Positions 27,601 through 39,462 of a stretch of DNA of 64,000 nucleotides are shown in pieces. Numbering within the stretch: position 1 is the first letter of the stretch; every line of letters begins with the position of its first letter. The position numbers and the translations under genes were made by a program. The notes beneath the pieces were generated by a model that ran no database searches, had not been told where the DNA came from, and saw only the letters and a list, made by a program, of their open reading frames with translations. The DNA comes from Podarcis cretensis (taxonomy: Eukaryota). The stretch covers positions 63,302,001 to 63,366,000 of the forward strand of contig OX638149.1 in the NCBI GenBank assembly GCA_951804945.1. Reading direction: 5' to 3'.

Positions 27601-29068
27601 GCACAGGTCAGAAGGAGCCAGTATTAAATTAAAAGTCTTTCACACAGATCCTAAACCAAAATTCCTTCAAAGAAAAAGAGCTATTAACTTTAATTTGTCT
27701 TAATGCTATGGAGGTAGCTTAGGATCACAACTGTCATTTTAATGGCTGACTGGGCATGGTAAATGTTTCAGATTACTTCTCTACTTCAGGCACATTTGTA
27801 AATTTAATACCCCCTTGTAAATGCTGCTACATGTACAAGTGGCAAACCTATAGTTCTCTCTTAAATCTGCATCCAGGGAAATCCCAGCATGTTGATCAAA
27901 GGTGGAGAAAAAGGCTTACAGAATAAGAGGTGGAATTTGACTCACCCATTGCTTGAAGGTGGGTAGGAATACTCCACACTTTATTCTTCGCTGGCTCTTG
28001 TTTTTGCACAGTCACTCAATGCTGGTAGGAATATAACTTAACACCTTATTGTTGTATAGCACTTTTTCATCCTTCAGTTTTTCACCTACTGTATATTGTG
28101 TGTAGCAGTCAGTGATATTGCACACTTTGGATTCTGTCAGAGTCTGAAGGTTCAGGAACAGAAGAGAATTGATGTTTCCTTCTCTTTCCGAACTGCACTT
28201 TGCCAAGGAAAGTCCTGTCTCTAACTGTACTCCCTGCTGTTCCACCAGCGTTTGTTAAACTGACGAGAAGCAAACTGTAGGGATCATCATCAAGCATTTC
28301 ACATTGCCTATAGCGCAGGTAGATTTTCCATTCCCTGGGACACCAGGACTTCCACAGTGGACAATAAAATAAAATAAAATAAAATGACAAGCTCATTGAA
28401 AGGTAGCAATGGAAGTTCATGGTTTGCAAAAGTGACAGTACTAGTTTGAGGAACACAAAATAAAAGAATCTACTATTTTCTGAATACTTCACTGGTTCAG
28501 ATAATTATATTGGTTCAAGTGTTTGTTGTTGTTTTATTTTCCTAAGCCATTCCCTTGGACTATTTCTACTATCCCATTATTGTTGTTTGTGTGTTTATTG
28601 CTGAGGGTCCATAGATCGACCAGGATCAACCAGGGACACCCCGCTATTGACCAGTAGATCATGCCACATTTTCCCATGAGTGCTGGGTGGATTCCTGCCA
28701 CAGTCTGAACAATTTATGTGAGGGGCCTTGGATTACTACTATATGTTGCATATTAATATGATGCACCGAGGGAAAGAAATTTCTCACAAAAGATAACAAG
28801 CACACAAATCCTTTTCCATGATGCCATGCCCTATGTTGATATCTGAACTTGTTTTAAATGCCTAGTACCAGTGAGCCACTCCTGAATATGCATGGCTGCT
28901 CCCTGGTGAATAAAGAACTGCCCCGAAGCTTGGGTAGCACCTATTTTAGGCACTGTCAGCTTTCATTTTATTGATGAGAGTATCTGGTTTTTTAAAAGGT
29001 TTCTTCACATTCTAAAACTCACATTGTGGATATTAGAGACTATATATCACTCACACATTGAGTTCCTA

Positions 29069-29540
29069 TGTCAGGGATGCAGCTGACCCGGATGTTTGGG
29101 AAGAGTCTGACTCTGGAGATGAGGGAATGCAGTCACAGATATGTCAAGGGTAGGTTAGTTTGCCCCCCCCCTTCCCCCAGAATTTCCAGATGCAGATAGA
29201 GCAGCAAACTCAGAAAGCTCGCAGTCGAGGGGGGAATGAATAGACGACCTTGAGGGGGTTGCTATGTAACCAGGAGGGAGGCAGCAATTAGAGGACTCTT
29301 CTTTTGAGAGTGGGTGGGGGGAGTCCATCCACCTTCTCCTCGAACCAGGAGAGCTGAAAGGGATAAAATGCAACAGAAAGACAAGAGAGGAAGGACTGGA
29401 CTTTGGCACTCTTCGTGTTATGGAAAGGGCAGAGCAGTAAGCAAGAGCAGTGGGCTCGGTGCTGCTCTCTCTGTGTTAATTGTAAATAAACCTGCCAGCG
29501 GCTCATTAATTCTTATTGGAGCTTGCTTGCCCACCTGAGA
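29069..29540 (+). mobile_element. Probable solo LTR (Gypsy-like)
   Basis: Termini TGTCAGG ... CCTGAGA (near-inverted), GATAAAA at about 29363 and AATAAA at 29485. GC-richer than the flanks. TSD not clear. Confidence 0.6.
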
Positions 29541-32500
29541 TCTTTCCATCCTATTTGTCTGCCCTGTTGCCATCAAGCATAGCCCATCCTGCTCCTGATG
29601 CCCATGTGGCAATGGGGCATATTTTCCTAGGAGTGAGATCTAAGTGCATGGAGACCAACATGTTTAGACCCCACGGAAATGAGCTGTACACTTCATTTTT
29701 CTCTTTAGGAACATAAATGATGATCAAATGCATGGATGTTGGGGGCTGAGGGACTTCACTGTGATAGCAGGACAGGATTCATATGGGCTGCATAGGGTTC
29801 TAGGATAACCTTGCAAAACAACTTCTTTGAAGTGCCTTTCATATAGCAGGTGTGTATCTCTTAACAGCAGAACTTTGTCCAATAAAAGAATCAGCAGGCA
29901 TCATTTGGGCCAACTAGAAATATAAAATAAGCTACACCATATTTACAAATATTGTTCCGAATGCTGACACATATGCAGTGCTTTAGCAACCCTTTACCAC
30001 CATTTGACTGGAAAAAGAAAACGCACCAAGCAGGGAACACAAAGGTTAGTCACAAGAGCCGGAAATCTTTGTACTAGCACTGTACTGAATGCTAAGAATT
30101 ATCTGTCATCACCCTGTGTTCATGGCTTAAACAGATGTCTTTTCTAGGGCATGACGAAGGGCTTGTTGACATGACAACCCCGTAATTCAGTCCCTATAGC
30201 TATAATATAAAGTGATGGTGTTGACCTTGAAAGCCCTATGCAGCTTGGGAGCAGATTACCATATATATGAGCCTTCCTGGGTGTTAACATCAAAAGTCGT
30301 AGCAGCAGATAGAATCATGAACTTGGCAGATTGGACATACTTAGTGGTGGCCCAATACATGTGGAACTACCTCCCAAAAGAAGTATGCTCGATCGCTTCC
30401 CAGCTTTCTTTTAAGTGGACCCTGAAGCTTTTACGTAAACCCATCTTTTGTTAAAATGTGTAAAATTGAATTATTACTACTTTGCAGTAGCAGACAGTGT
30501 GGTTTGGCTGAAATGCTACCCTGTCTTCCTTCTGGCTGCATTGCTGCTGCAAAACAAGGGGGAGAGGAGGAAGCAGTATAACAAGGCAGGCGTGGTGCAA
30601 ATGCAGTGGCAGGAATGCTGGATTGGTTCCATCAGTGTGCTTGCATCACATCAAGCTTGCTGCTGCTCCTCTCTGTCCCAATTTGCAGCAGTGATGCAGC
30701 TGGAAGGGGGTCAGGTGTGCAGCACAGATCCACCATACCATCTACAACTGCTGCTTCAACAGTATTTAGAACTGATCTGAGATGTAATGTTGTTCTGTTT
30801 TTTATATTGTTCTTAAAATGTTGAAGCATTTTTATAATTTTATACTGATTGTATCTTGCCATAGAATAAAATTATATTTTGAAAGGTGGCACAGAATATG
30901 TTGAAATGAATACATAGAGTTAAAGCTTTTTTAGCTTCTAAAGCTTTTAAGAACATAGGTGAAAAACTTTGCAATACTTTGCAGGAAAAAAAATGAAAAA
31001 AGAGATACCTATGTCAGTAACTCTGTATCTTATTTTCATTAGCGTCTTTCAAAGTTCTGCAAAGAACTGGTCAACCAGAATTCTTTTCTTTTTTTTGCCA
31101 TGTGTGCAATTTATTATGATTCCATCAAGAAAAATGTAGATAGGTCATTGTTTTCAATGATAATACCCTCTGCTGTTATTATACAAGAAAGATAGTTTCC
31201 CATAGTCATTCGTTTTTCAATGGCAACAGAATCTGTGCTGAATTTTTAAAAAAGTGTGTCGAACACCTACTTTGCTTTATCTCAGTTAGAACTGACCCGT
31301 TGTTTCTTCCACCCACAGGTCTTAGTTATTTCCTTTGAGGGGGGGACCCCCACATTTATTTATTATGTACCGGTATAAACTTTACAATGACATATAAATC
31401 AGTTATTTGTAAAACATGACTAAAATCTACCGGATGATTAAAGACAAATGCATATAAAAACACAATTCAAAACAAAGCTAAAATTAATAAAATGTTTAAG
31501 ATGGCTGTAACTAAAGCATGTGTTTGCTGAAAAAGAAAGGCTTTCAGCTGCCATGTAAAACAGTCCAGTGAAGGCACTTGCCTAATGTCAATAGGTGGGG
31601 AGTTCCAGTGCAAACCCCAGTTGCAACCAGAAGTGGGTGACGGGGTGGGGCTGCTGCACTCACCTGATCTCCATCCAGTGAAGTTGCTGCATCACACCAA
31701 GACAAAGAAAGGGAGGGGCATGGCAGTGATGAGCTTGGTGCAGTGGAAATGCATCAGCAGGAGCACAGAGGCAGCTCCAGCTGTGTGTTGGCACCACACC
31801 AACCTTTCCGCTGCCCCTTCACCTATTTGTCTTGGTGTGTTGCAGGGACTCAGCTGGAAGGACATCTACTGAGTCGAGCAGCCCTCCCATGCTGTCCACA
31901 GCTGATTACAACTTCCCAAACATTTACAGTTGGATTACACATTTCAAGTCCATTACCCCCCAGCATTCCCCCTTATCCTATTTCTTAGTGATTATTTGTG
32001 TCTATTCATTCCATTTATGATTGGTTTATGGAATAGCTGGACTATGTGTCTGTATGCCTTCCTAATTTCCAATGAAACAGGATCTTTTTACCCATCTGGA
32101 ATATGGCAGCTATGATCCCAAGGGTAGTAGTATGTCCAAACATTTCACATCCATCAGGTAGAAAATGAAGGTGTTGCAGGCAGTGGGAAACAAACATGAG
32201 TTGCAATAATGAAATGAATGATGTTGGGAAACAAAAACACAAAGTGTATGTAATTTTAAAGAATGTAATGTGAAATGAACGAGACGTTGAGTAACGAAAA
32301 TGGATGAATAACAAAACATTGTTTCTTGAATACTTTAAACCTATGCACACTTACCTGGGAGTAAGTCCAACTGGAATAAATAGAATCTGTGAGCTAGCAT
32401 ACAGTACATACATAGGACTAGGCTACAGATCTTTAGTCCACAGAAGGTCTACAGTTATTTTTAGTGCATGAATTTAAGTTGGTAGCAGGAAATTTACATC

Positions 32501-33001
32501 GGAATGAGAAAAAAATTGGTTGGATATTTGTCAGTTTCTGTAACACCTTGCTACTAAATATAGGTTTAGTAAAAGTCGTCCTTAAATTACTATGCAGACA
32601 CAGAAGATGACAGTCATTTCAAATCTCACTTTCTCAAGTTAGAAATAATGAAGAAGTGGCAGGGGAATCCAGGTTATATAGTGCTCATGAAGAAAATGCA
32701 CACACGAAAACACACTTTACTGCACTAGTAAAAGTTTACACAGAAAGAAATCTATACATCTTAAACACCTTAACCCTATCAGTAAGTTCATAGTTGTCGT
32801 CCTCCGCCATACCTCGGGGGCAGCAGTATCTTGGAAAATACCAGGATATTATCATGCATTTTGCTTTTCCCACAAGCCTCCAAATGTGAGCCCTATTCAT
32901 AGGATGAATCTGCTTTCATTTAACATGTAGGAGTTCATGTGCACAGAATCAGACCCACTGGCACTGCTTCCAATTTCTTCATGCTCAGACAACTATTTAA
33001 A

Positions 33002-33004
<3 letters not shown>

Positions 33005-33033
<29 letters not shown>
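33005..33033. repeat. (GT)n microsatellite
   Basis: Seen directly. Confidence 0.98.
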
Positions 33034-33035
<2 letters not shown>

Positions 33036-33182
33036 GCTTTGTTCAGTGTTTCAGGTGAGCATGCAGATGTTGGGAGGAGGGACTGCTAACTCCCTGTGTT
33101 CCTGGAACATGGATTCAGTGTGAATAGGGAGGCTGTACATATTCACAGGGTTGTAGCTGGGATTCTGACTGTGTAACATTAC

Positions 33183-33900
33183 AAGAACATATGAAGAGTC
33201 CTGCTGGAAAAGAGGAAGGGTTTATCTAGTCTAGCAACCTGTTGCTTACAAGAAGTTGACTAGCTCAGTTGGTTAGAGCATGGTGCTGTTTATGCCAAGA
33301 TTTCAGGTTTGAGCCCCATACAGGACACCTGCATATTCCTGCATTGCAGGGAGTTGTTGTTGTTATTATTATTTATTGAATTTATATCCTGCCCTGCACC
33401 TGGGGGTCTCAGGGCAGTTCACAGAATAAAGTTGGACTAGATGAACCTCAGGGTCCCTTCCACCTCTCCAATTCTATGCTTCTAAGCAATACATGGATGC
33501 AATAGCCCTAGCCCTGCTGTTTCCCCTCAGCAACAAGTATTTAGAGGCATGCTACCCCCCATTCTGGATGTACAGCCATCATGACATGTAGTCTTCGATA
33601 GCCTTATCTCCCATAAATATGCTGAATGCCATTTTGATGCTAAATTGGTTGCCCTCACCACAGCTTGTGGCAGTGAATCAGAGTTTAACCATGTGCTCTG
33701 TAAATAAGTACTCATGTATGGTCTTCCCTGAATCTCCTACAACTTAGGTTTGTAAGGTGATTCCAGACATAGTATTATGAGTGAGAGAGGAAAAATACCT
33801 CTCTTTTCAATTTTCTTCACACATGAATAGTTTTATTCACCTCTGCATTGATCCTCTTACCTTTTCTTCTAAACTAACCCCCTCACTAAAAGTGGCAACC
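33183..33900 (-). mobile_element. CR1-type LINE 3' end interrupted by a SINE
   Basis: Resembles the 3'-UTR copies at about 18678-18945, 3140-3290 and 49150-49300, and resumes after the SINE at about 33490. Confidence 0.6.
33255..33486 (+). mobile_element. tRNA-derived SINE with CR1-type tail (Squam3-like), carrying a nested insert
   Basis: A box TAGCTCAGTTGG, B box GGTTTGAGCCC and 3' GGTCCCTTCC...ATTCTATG. A foreign ~75-bp insert lies at about 33356-33429. Confidence 0.8.
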
Positions 33901-35090
33901 TTTCATCCTAGGGGATTTTATCCAAGACTTTTCAGGTTGTGGTTTTCCGGTTGCTATTGCTTACGACTCGTGTTCATTTCACCCTATGTTTGACCACAGT
34001 CTTGGTGCTCATATTTCAGGAAAAGCATTCTAGTCCTGTTCTAGTCTTGTGTTTCTAACCCATTTGCCTTCGGCCTACTGGACTAGTAATTTATTCAATT
34101 TGTCACTAGGCTGAAATTTTATTGTGCTTGTAACTCAGCCCTCTGGCTTAACGCTTCATTTTGGTCCAGTGCTTTGGCTTTTGACCTCCCAGCCTCTACT
34201 TCTGCTTTGCTCCTGGTTAGTTTACTATGTGAGACTTCATCATGCCCAGAGTTATAAAGTTAGGTGATGCTGCAAATAGCTCTTTGCATCCTGGTCCTAA
34301 CACTAACACTCTGTCATTCTCATTCCATGTTGTCCATGGTTGATGTGCAATTTGGTGTTTGTCATCAGCATCCCAGGCCATTTTATCGTGGCTCCGAGCC
34401 ATCTGCAGCACAGAATAGCTACATTGTGCTGGGGTAACTGTCCTGGAATTCAGCATTCATGGTTATTTAAAGCCTAACATAGATACTCTGCTAGGAAGAA
34501 GAAAAAAGGGAGGGGGAAAATAAAGGCCCAGCTGCATTCATTTCAATGATTACATATCCAGCTATGTCTGATTATGCGAATGTAAAACACAGCTGCATTC
34601 ATTTAAGTCATTACATGTTGAAACGTGTAGGGGCTGTACTTTGGTCTTTCAAAAATTAAATGGAGTTTTGCACTGATGGTAGGAAGACTAGCTTTTGGTC
34701 ATTCATGTGTGTTTGGATTATAAGCATTTAATAATTCATTTATCTCCCGGTAGTTTTTCTAGGCTAGGAATATATATTTCTCTCACATATTTAACAGTCT
34801 GTTTATTTCCATTAGAAATGAAAAGACATATTTTTAATTGAGGCATTGCTACTGACCTGTACAACATAGATGATTTTGTACCTGCAGCATACTGTTGTAA
34901 TTACTGCTACGGCTCTATAATTTAATGTTCATTTGCATTGGAGTATTCCAGGTTCCATGAAAACACTGGTCTTCAAAGGGCGAGGCATCACCTGCACTTG
35001 TTTGGCACTTGCATTTGAAGTGGGTCAAGCCTAGCAGCTTCCTTTTCCAGGATAGATGAGCAGACAATGAATGGAAAAATAAGAGCTATA

Positions 35091-35527
35091 TGTTGTTTAG
35101 TCATTTAGTCATGTCTGACTCTTTGTGACCCCATGGACCAGAGCACACCAGGCACACCTGTCTTCCACTGCCTCCCGCAATTTGGTCAAACTCATGTTGG
35201 TAGCTTCAAGAACACTGTCCAACTATCTCGTCCTCTGTCATCCCCTTCTCCTTGTGCCCTCAATCTTTCCCAGCATCAGGGTCTTTTCCAGGGAGTCTTT
35301 TCTTCTCATGAGGTGGCTAAAGTATTGGAGCCTCAGCTTCAGGATCTGACCTTCCAGTGACCACTCAGGGCTGATTTCCTTAAGAATGGATAGGTTTGAT
35401 TTTCTTGCAGTCCATGGGACTCTCAAAAGTCTCCCCCAGCACCATAATTCAAAAGCACCAATTCTTCAGCGATCAGCCTTCTTTATGGTCCTGCTCTCAC
35501 TTCCATACATCACTACTGGGAAAACCA
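35091..35527 (-). mobile_element. 5'-truncated BovB (3' end)
   Basis: Collinear with 36353-36790 of the full-length copy. Encodes RVPWTARKSNLSILKEISPEWSLEG with CpG-decay stops. Confidence 0.95.
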
Positions 35528-35667
35528 GTATATAATATGTATATAGTACATATTAAATGATTGTTGCTGTTGTTGTTAAAGCTTGCTAGTTGCTTGTTGC
35601 CACCAAAAGATCTCTAAGTGGCTTACAATATATTTAAATCACCAGCATAAGTAAAAAATGCATTATA

Positions 35668-35909
35668 CAGTGGTACCTCGGGTTACATACGCTTCAGGTT
35701 ACATACACTTCAGGTTACAAAATCCGCTAACCCAGAAATAGTACCTCAGGTTAAGAACTTTGCTTCAGGATGAGAACAGAAATCGTGCTCTGGCAGCGTG
35801 GCAGCAGCAGGAGGCCCCATTAGCTAAAGTGGTGCTTCAGGTTAAGAACAGTTTCAGGTTAAGCATGGACCTCTGGAACGAATTAAGTACTTAACCTGAG
35901 GTACCACTG
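35668..35909. mobile_element. Tc1/mariner (Tigger-like) MITE
   Basis: TIRs CAGTGGTACCTC / GAGGTACCACTG with TA TSD and repeated CAGGTTA motifs. Confidence 0.92.
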
Positions 35910-36372
35910 TAATATAAGCATTTTTACAAGACCTAATATACAAGATTGCTCTTGGAATCCCTTCCTGTTCTACAATTCTGTGATTCTATGTAGATTAAAA
36001 AGGCACCAAAAGGATTCTACCCTGCTCCCATCCATTTCATTTCATTGCTGTTAGACAAGCAAAAGTGAGATCTGCTAACAGCCCCCCCCCCCCGTTTTAA
36101 TGTATTTTAACTGAACGTTCAAATGTTCTGCAACAGGATCCTTCTTCCAAGGACATACCAGGGGAGAGAGAGAAAAGAGCAGAAAAAGGGGCGTCAGAGG
36201 GAGCGGACAGCAGGTGAGCTTATGCAAGATGACAAGCAAAAATTTACAGTCACTGTGAGAGACGCAGAAAATAACAAGTATAAGTAACAAGCTGATAATC
36301 AGCACAAATTATTGTTGAAGGGAGATTGTCATTGAGCAGTCCCATCATTTTTGTTGTTGTTTAGTCGTTTAG

Positions 36373-39300
36373 TCATGTCCGACTCTTCGTGACCCCATGG
36401 ACCAGAGAACGCCAGGCACTCCTGTCCTCCACTGCCCCCCGCAGCTTGGTCAGACTCATGCTGGTAACCTCGAAAACACTATCCAACCATCTCATCCTCT
36501 GTCGCCCCCTTCTCCTTGTGCCCTCCATCTTTCCCAACATCAGGGTCTTCTCCAGGGAGTCTTCTCTTCTCATGAGGTGGCCAAAGTATTGGAGCCTCAG
36601 CTTCACAATCTGCCCTTCCAGTGAGCACTCAGGGCTGATTTCCTTCAGAATGGAGAGGTTTGATCTTCTTGCAGTCCATGGGACTCTCAAGAGTCTCCTC
36701 CAGCACCATAATTCAAAAGCATCAATTCTTCGGCGATCAGCCTTCTTTATGGTCCAGCTCTCACTTCCATACATCACTACTGGGAAAACCATAGCTTTAA
36801 CTATACGGACCTTTGTTGGCAAGGTTATGTCTCTACTTCTCAAGATGCTGTCTAGGCCTGTCATTGCCCTTCTCCCAAGAAGCAGGCGTCTTTTAATTTC
36901 GTGGCTGCTGTCACCATCTGCAGTGATCATGGAGCCCAAGAAAGTAAAATCTCTCACTGCCTCCATTTCTTCCCCTTCTATTTGCCAGGAGGTGATGGGA
37001 CCAGTAGCCATGATCTTCGTTTTTTTGATGTTGAGCTTCAGACCATATTTTGCACTCTCCTCTTTCACCCTCAATAAAAGGTTCTTTAATTCCTCCTCAC
37101 TTTCTGCCATCAAGGTTGTGTCATCTGCATATCTGAGGTTGTTGATATTTCTTCCGGCAATCTTAATTCCGGCTAGGGATTCATCCAGCCCAGCCTTTCG
37201 CATGATGAATTCTGCATATAAGTTAAATAAGCAGGGAGACAAAATGCAGCCTTGTCGTACTCCTTTCCCAATTTTGAACCAGTCAGTTGTTCCATATCCA
37301 GTTCTAACTGTAGCTTCTTGTCCCACATAGAGATTTCTCAGGAGACAGATGAGGTGATCAGGCACTCCCATTTCTTTAAGAACTTGCCATAGTTTGCCAT
37401 GGTCGACACAGTCAAAGGCTTTTGCATAGTCAATGAAGCAGAAGTAAATGTCTTTCTGGAACTCTCTAGCTTTCTCCATAATCCAGCGCATGTTTGCAAT
37501 TTGGTCTCTGGTTCCTCTGCCTCTTCTAAATCCAGCTTGCACTTCTGGGAGTTCTCGGTCCACATACTGCTTGAGCCTTCCTTGTAGAATTTTAAGCATA
37601 ACCTTGCTAGCGTGAGAAATTAGTGCAATTGTGCGATAGTTGGAGCATTCTTTGGCACTGCCCTTCTTTGGGATTGGGATGTAGACTGATCTTCTCCAAT
37701 CTTCTGGCCACTGCTGAGTTTTCCAAACTTGCTGGCATATTGAGTGTAGCACCTTAACAGCATCATCTTTTAAAATTTTAAATAGTTCAGCTGGAATACC
37801 ATCACTTCCACTGGCCTTGTTATTTGCAGTGCTTTCTAAGGCCCATTTGACTTCACTCTCCAGGATGTCTGGCTCAAGGTCAGCAACCACACTACCTGGG
37901 GTATATGAGACATCCGTTTCTTTCTGGTATAATTCCTCTGTGTATTCTTGCCACCTCTTCTTGATGTCTTCTGCTTCTGTTAGGTCCTTTCCACTTTTGT
38001 CCTTTATTATGGAAATCTTTGTGCGAAATGTTCCTTTCATATCTCCAATTTTCTTGAACAGATCTCTGGTTCTTCCCATTCTATTGCTTTCCTCTATTTC
38101 TTTGCATTGCTTGTTTAAGAAGGTCTTCTTGTCTCTCCTTGCTATTCTTTGGAAATCTGCATTCAATTTCCTGTATGTTTCACGATCTCCCTTGCATTTT
38201 GCTTGCCTTCTCTCCCCCGCTATTTGTAAGGCCTCATTGGACAGCCACTTTGCTTTCTTGCATTTCCTTTTCATTGGGATGGTTTTCGTTGCTGCCTCCT
38301 GTATAATGTTACGAGCCTCCATCCATAGTTCTTCAGGCACTCTGTCCACCAAATCTAAATCCTTAAACCTGTTCCTCACTTCCACTGTGTATTCATAAGG
38401 GATTTGACTTAGATTGTATCTTACCGGCCCAGTGGTTTTTCCTACTTTCTTCAGTTTAAGCTTGAATTTTGCTATAAGAAGCTGATGATCTGAGCCACAG
38501 TCAGCTCCAGGTCTTGTTTTTGCTGACTGTATAGAGCTTCTCCATCTTTGGCTGCAGAGAATATAATCAATCTGATTTCGATGCTGCCCATCTGGTGATG
38601 TCCATGTGTAGAGTCGTCTCTTGTGTTGTTGGAAAAGCGTGTTTGTGATGACCAGCTTGTTCTCTTGACAGAACTCTATTAGCCTTTGCCCTGCTTCGTT
38701 TTGATCTCCAAGGCCAAACTTGCCAGTTGTTCCTTTTATCTCTTGACTCCCTACTTTAGCATTCCAATCCCCTATAATGAGAAGAACATCCTTCTTTGGT
38801 GTCACTTCTATAAGGTGTTGTAAGTCTTCATAGAATTGGTCAATTTCAGTTTCTTCAGCACCAGTAGTTGGTGCATAAACTTGGATCATTGTGATGTTAA
38901 AAGGTCTGCCTTGGATTCGTGTCGAGATCATTCTATCATTTTTGAGATTGCAACCCAGTACAGCTTTTGCCACTCTTTTGTTGACTATGAGGGCCACTCC
39001 ATTTCTTTTACGGGTTTCTTGCCCACAGTAGTAGATATGATGGTCATCCGAACTGAATTCACCCATTCCCGTCCATTTTAGTTCACTGATGCCCAGGATG
39101 TCAATATTTATTCTTGCCATCTCATTTTTGACCACCTCCAACTTACCCATGTTCATGGTTCTTACATTCCAGGTTCCTATGCAATATTTTTCTTTACAGC
39201 ATTGGACTTTCCTTTCGCTTCCAGGCATATCCGCAACTGAGCGTCCTTTCGGCTTTGGCCCAGCCGCTTCATCAGCTCTGGATCTACTTGTACTTGCCCT

Positions 39301-39462
39301 CCGCTCTTCCCCAGTAGCATGTTGGACGCCTTCCGACCTGAGGGGCTCATCTTCCAGCGTCATAACTTTTATATGCCTGTTGTCTTTGTCCATGGAGTTT
39401 TCTTGGCAGGGATACTGGAGTGGCTTGCCGATTCCTCCTCCAGGTGGATCACGTTTGGTCAA
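36373..39462 (-). CDS. BovB ORF: AP-like endonuclease + reverse transcriptase (1029 aa)
   Basis: Endonuclease motifs GTWNVRT, LGISE, QVYAPT, IGDWNAKVG, NQIDYIL and SDH. RT motifs QAGFR, FIDYAKAFDCVDH, GVRQGCILSP and YADD. No internal stops. The track start is TTG; the first ATG is at 39393. Confidence 0.96.
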   Translation of the reverse strand: MTKRDPPGGGIGKPLQYPCQENSMDKDNRHIKVMTLEDEPLRSEGVQHATGEERRASTSRSRADEAAGPKPKGRSVADMPGSERKVQCCKEKYCIGTWNVRTMNMGKLEVVKNEMARINIDILGISELKWTGMGEFSSDDHHIYYCGQETRKRNGVALIVNKRVAKAVLGCNLKNDRMISTRIQGRPFNITMIQVYAPTTGAEETEIDQFYEDLQHLIEVTPKKDVLLIIGDWNAKVGSQEIKGTTGKFGLGDQNEAGQRLIEFCQENKLVITNTLFQQHKRRLYTWTSPDGQHRNQIDYILCSQRWRSSIQSAKTRPGADCGSDHQLLIAKFKLKLKKVGKTTGPVRYNLSQIPYEYTVEVRNRFKDLDLVDRVPEELWMEARNIIQEAATKTIPMKRKCKKAKWLSNEALQIAGERRQAKCKGDRETYRKLNADFQRIARRDKKTFLNKQCKEIEESNRMGRTRDLFKKIGDMKGTFRTKISIIKDKSGKDLTEAEDIKKRWQEYTEELYQKETDVSYTPGSVVADLEPDILESEVKWALESTANNKASGSDGIPAELFKILKDDAVKVLHSICQQVWKTQQWPEDWRRSVYIPIPKKGSAKECSNYRTIALISHASKVMLKILQGRLKQYVDRELPEVQAGFRRGRGTRDQIANMRWIMEKAREFQKDIYFCFIDYAKAFDCVDHGKLWQVLKEMGVPDHLICLLRNLYVGQEATVRTGYGTTDWFKIGKGVRQGCILSPCLFNLYAEFIMRKAGLDESLAGIKIAGRNINNLRYADDTTLMAESEEELKNLLLRVKEESAKYGLKLNIKKTKIMATGPITSWQIEGEEMEAVRDFTFLGSMITADGDSSHEIKRRLLLGRRAMTGLDSILRSRDITLPTKVRIVKAMVFPVVMYGSESWTIKKADRRRIDAFELWCWRRLLRVPWTARRSNLSILKEISPECSLEGQIVKLRLQYFGHLMRREDSLEKTLMLGKMEGTRRRGRQRMRWLDSVFEVTSMSLTKLRGAVEDRSAWRSLVHGVTKSRT

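Noticed and set aside
28308-28331. Minus-strand MENLPAL*, reminiscent (from memory) of the ZCCHC17 N-terminus
   Set aside because: Only 7 residues followed by a stop, with no continuing similarity, so probably coincidence.
33255-33325. tRNA gene
   Set aside because: The cloverleaf is degenerate and runs into a SINE body and CR1-type tail, so this is a SINE head.
36389-37330. 313-aa plus-strand ORF (and other plus-strand ORFs at 37817, 38836, 39089)
   Set aside because: These are antisense shadows of the BovB ORF with no recognisable domain.
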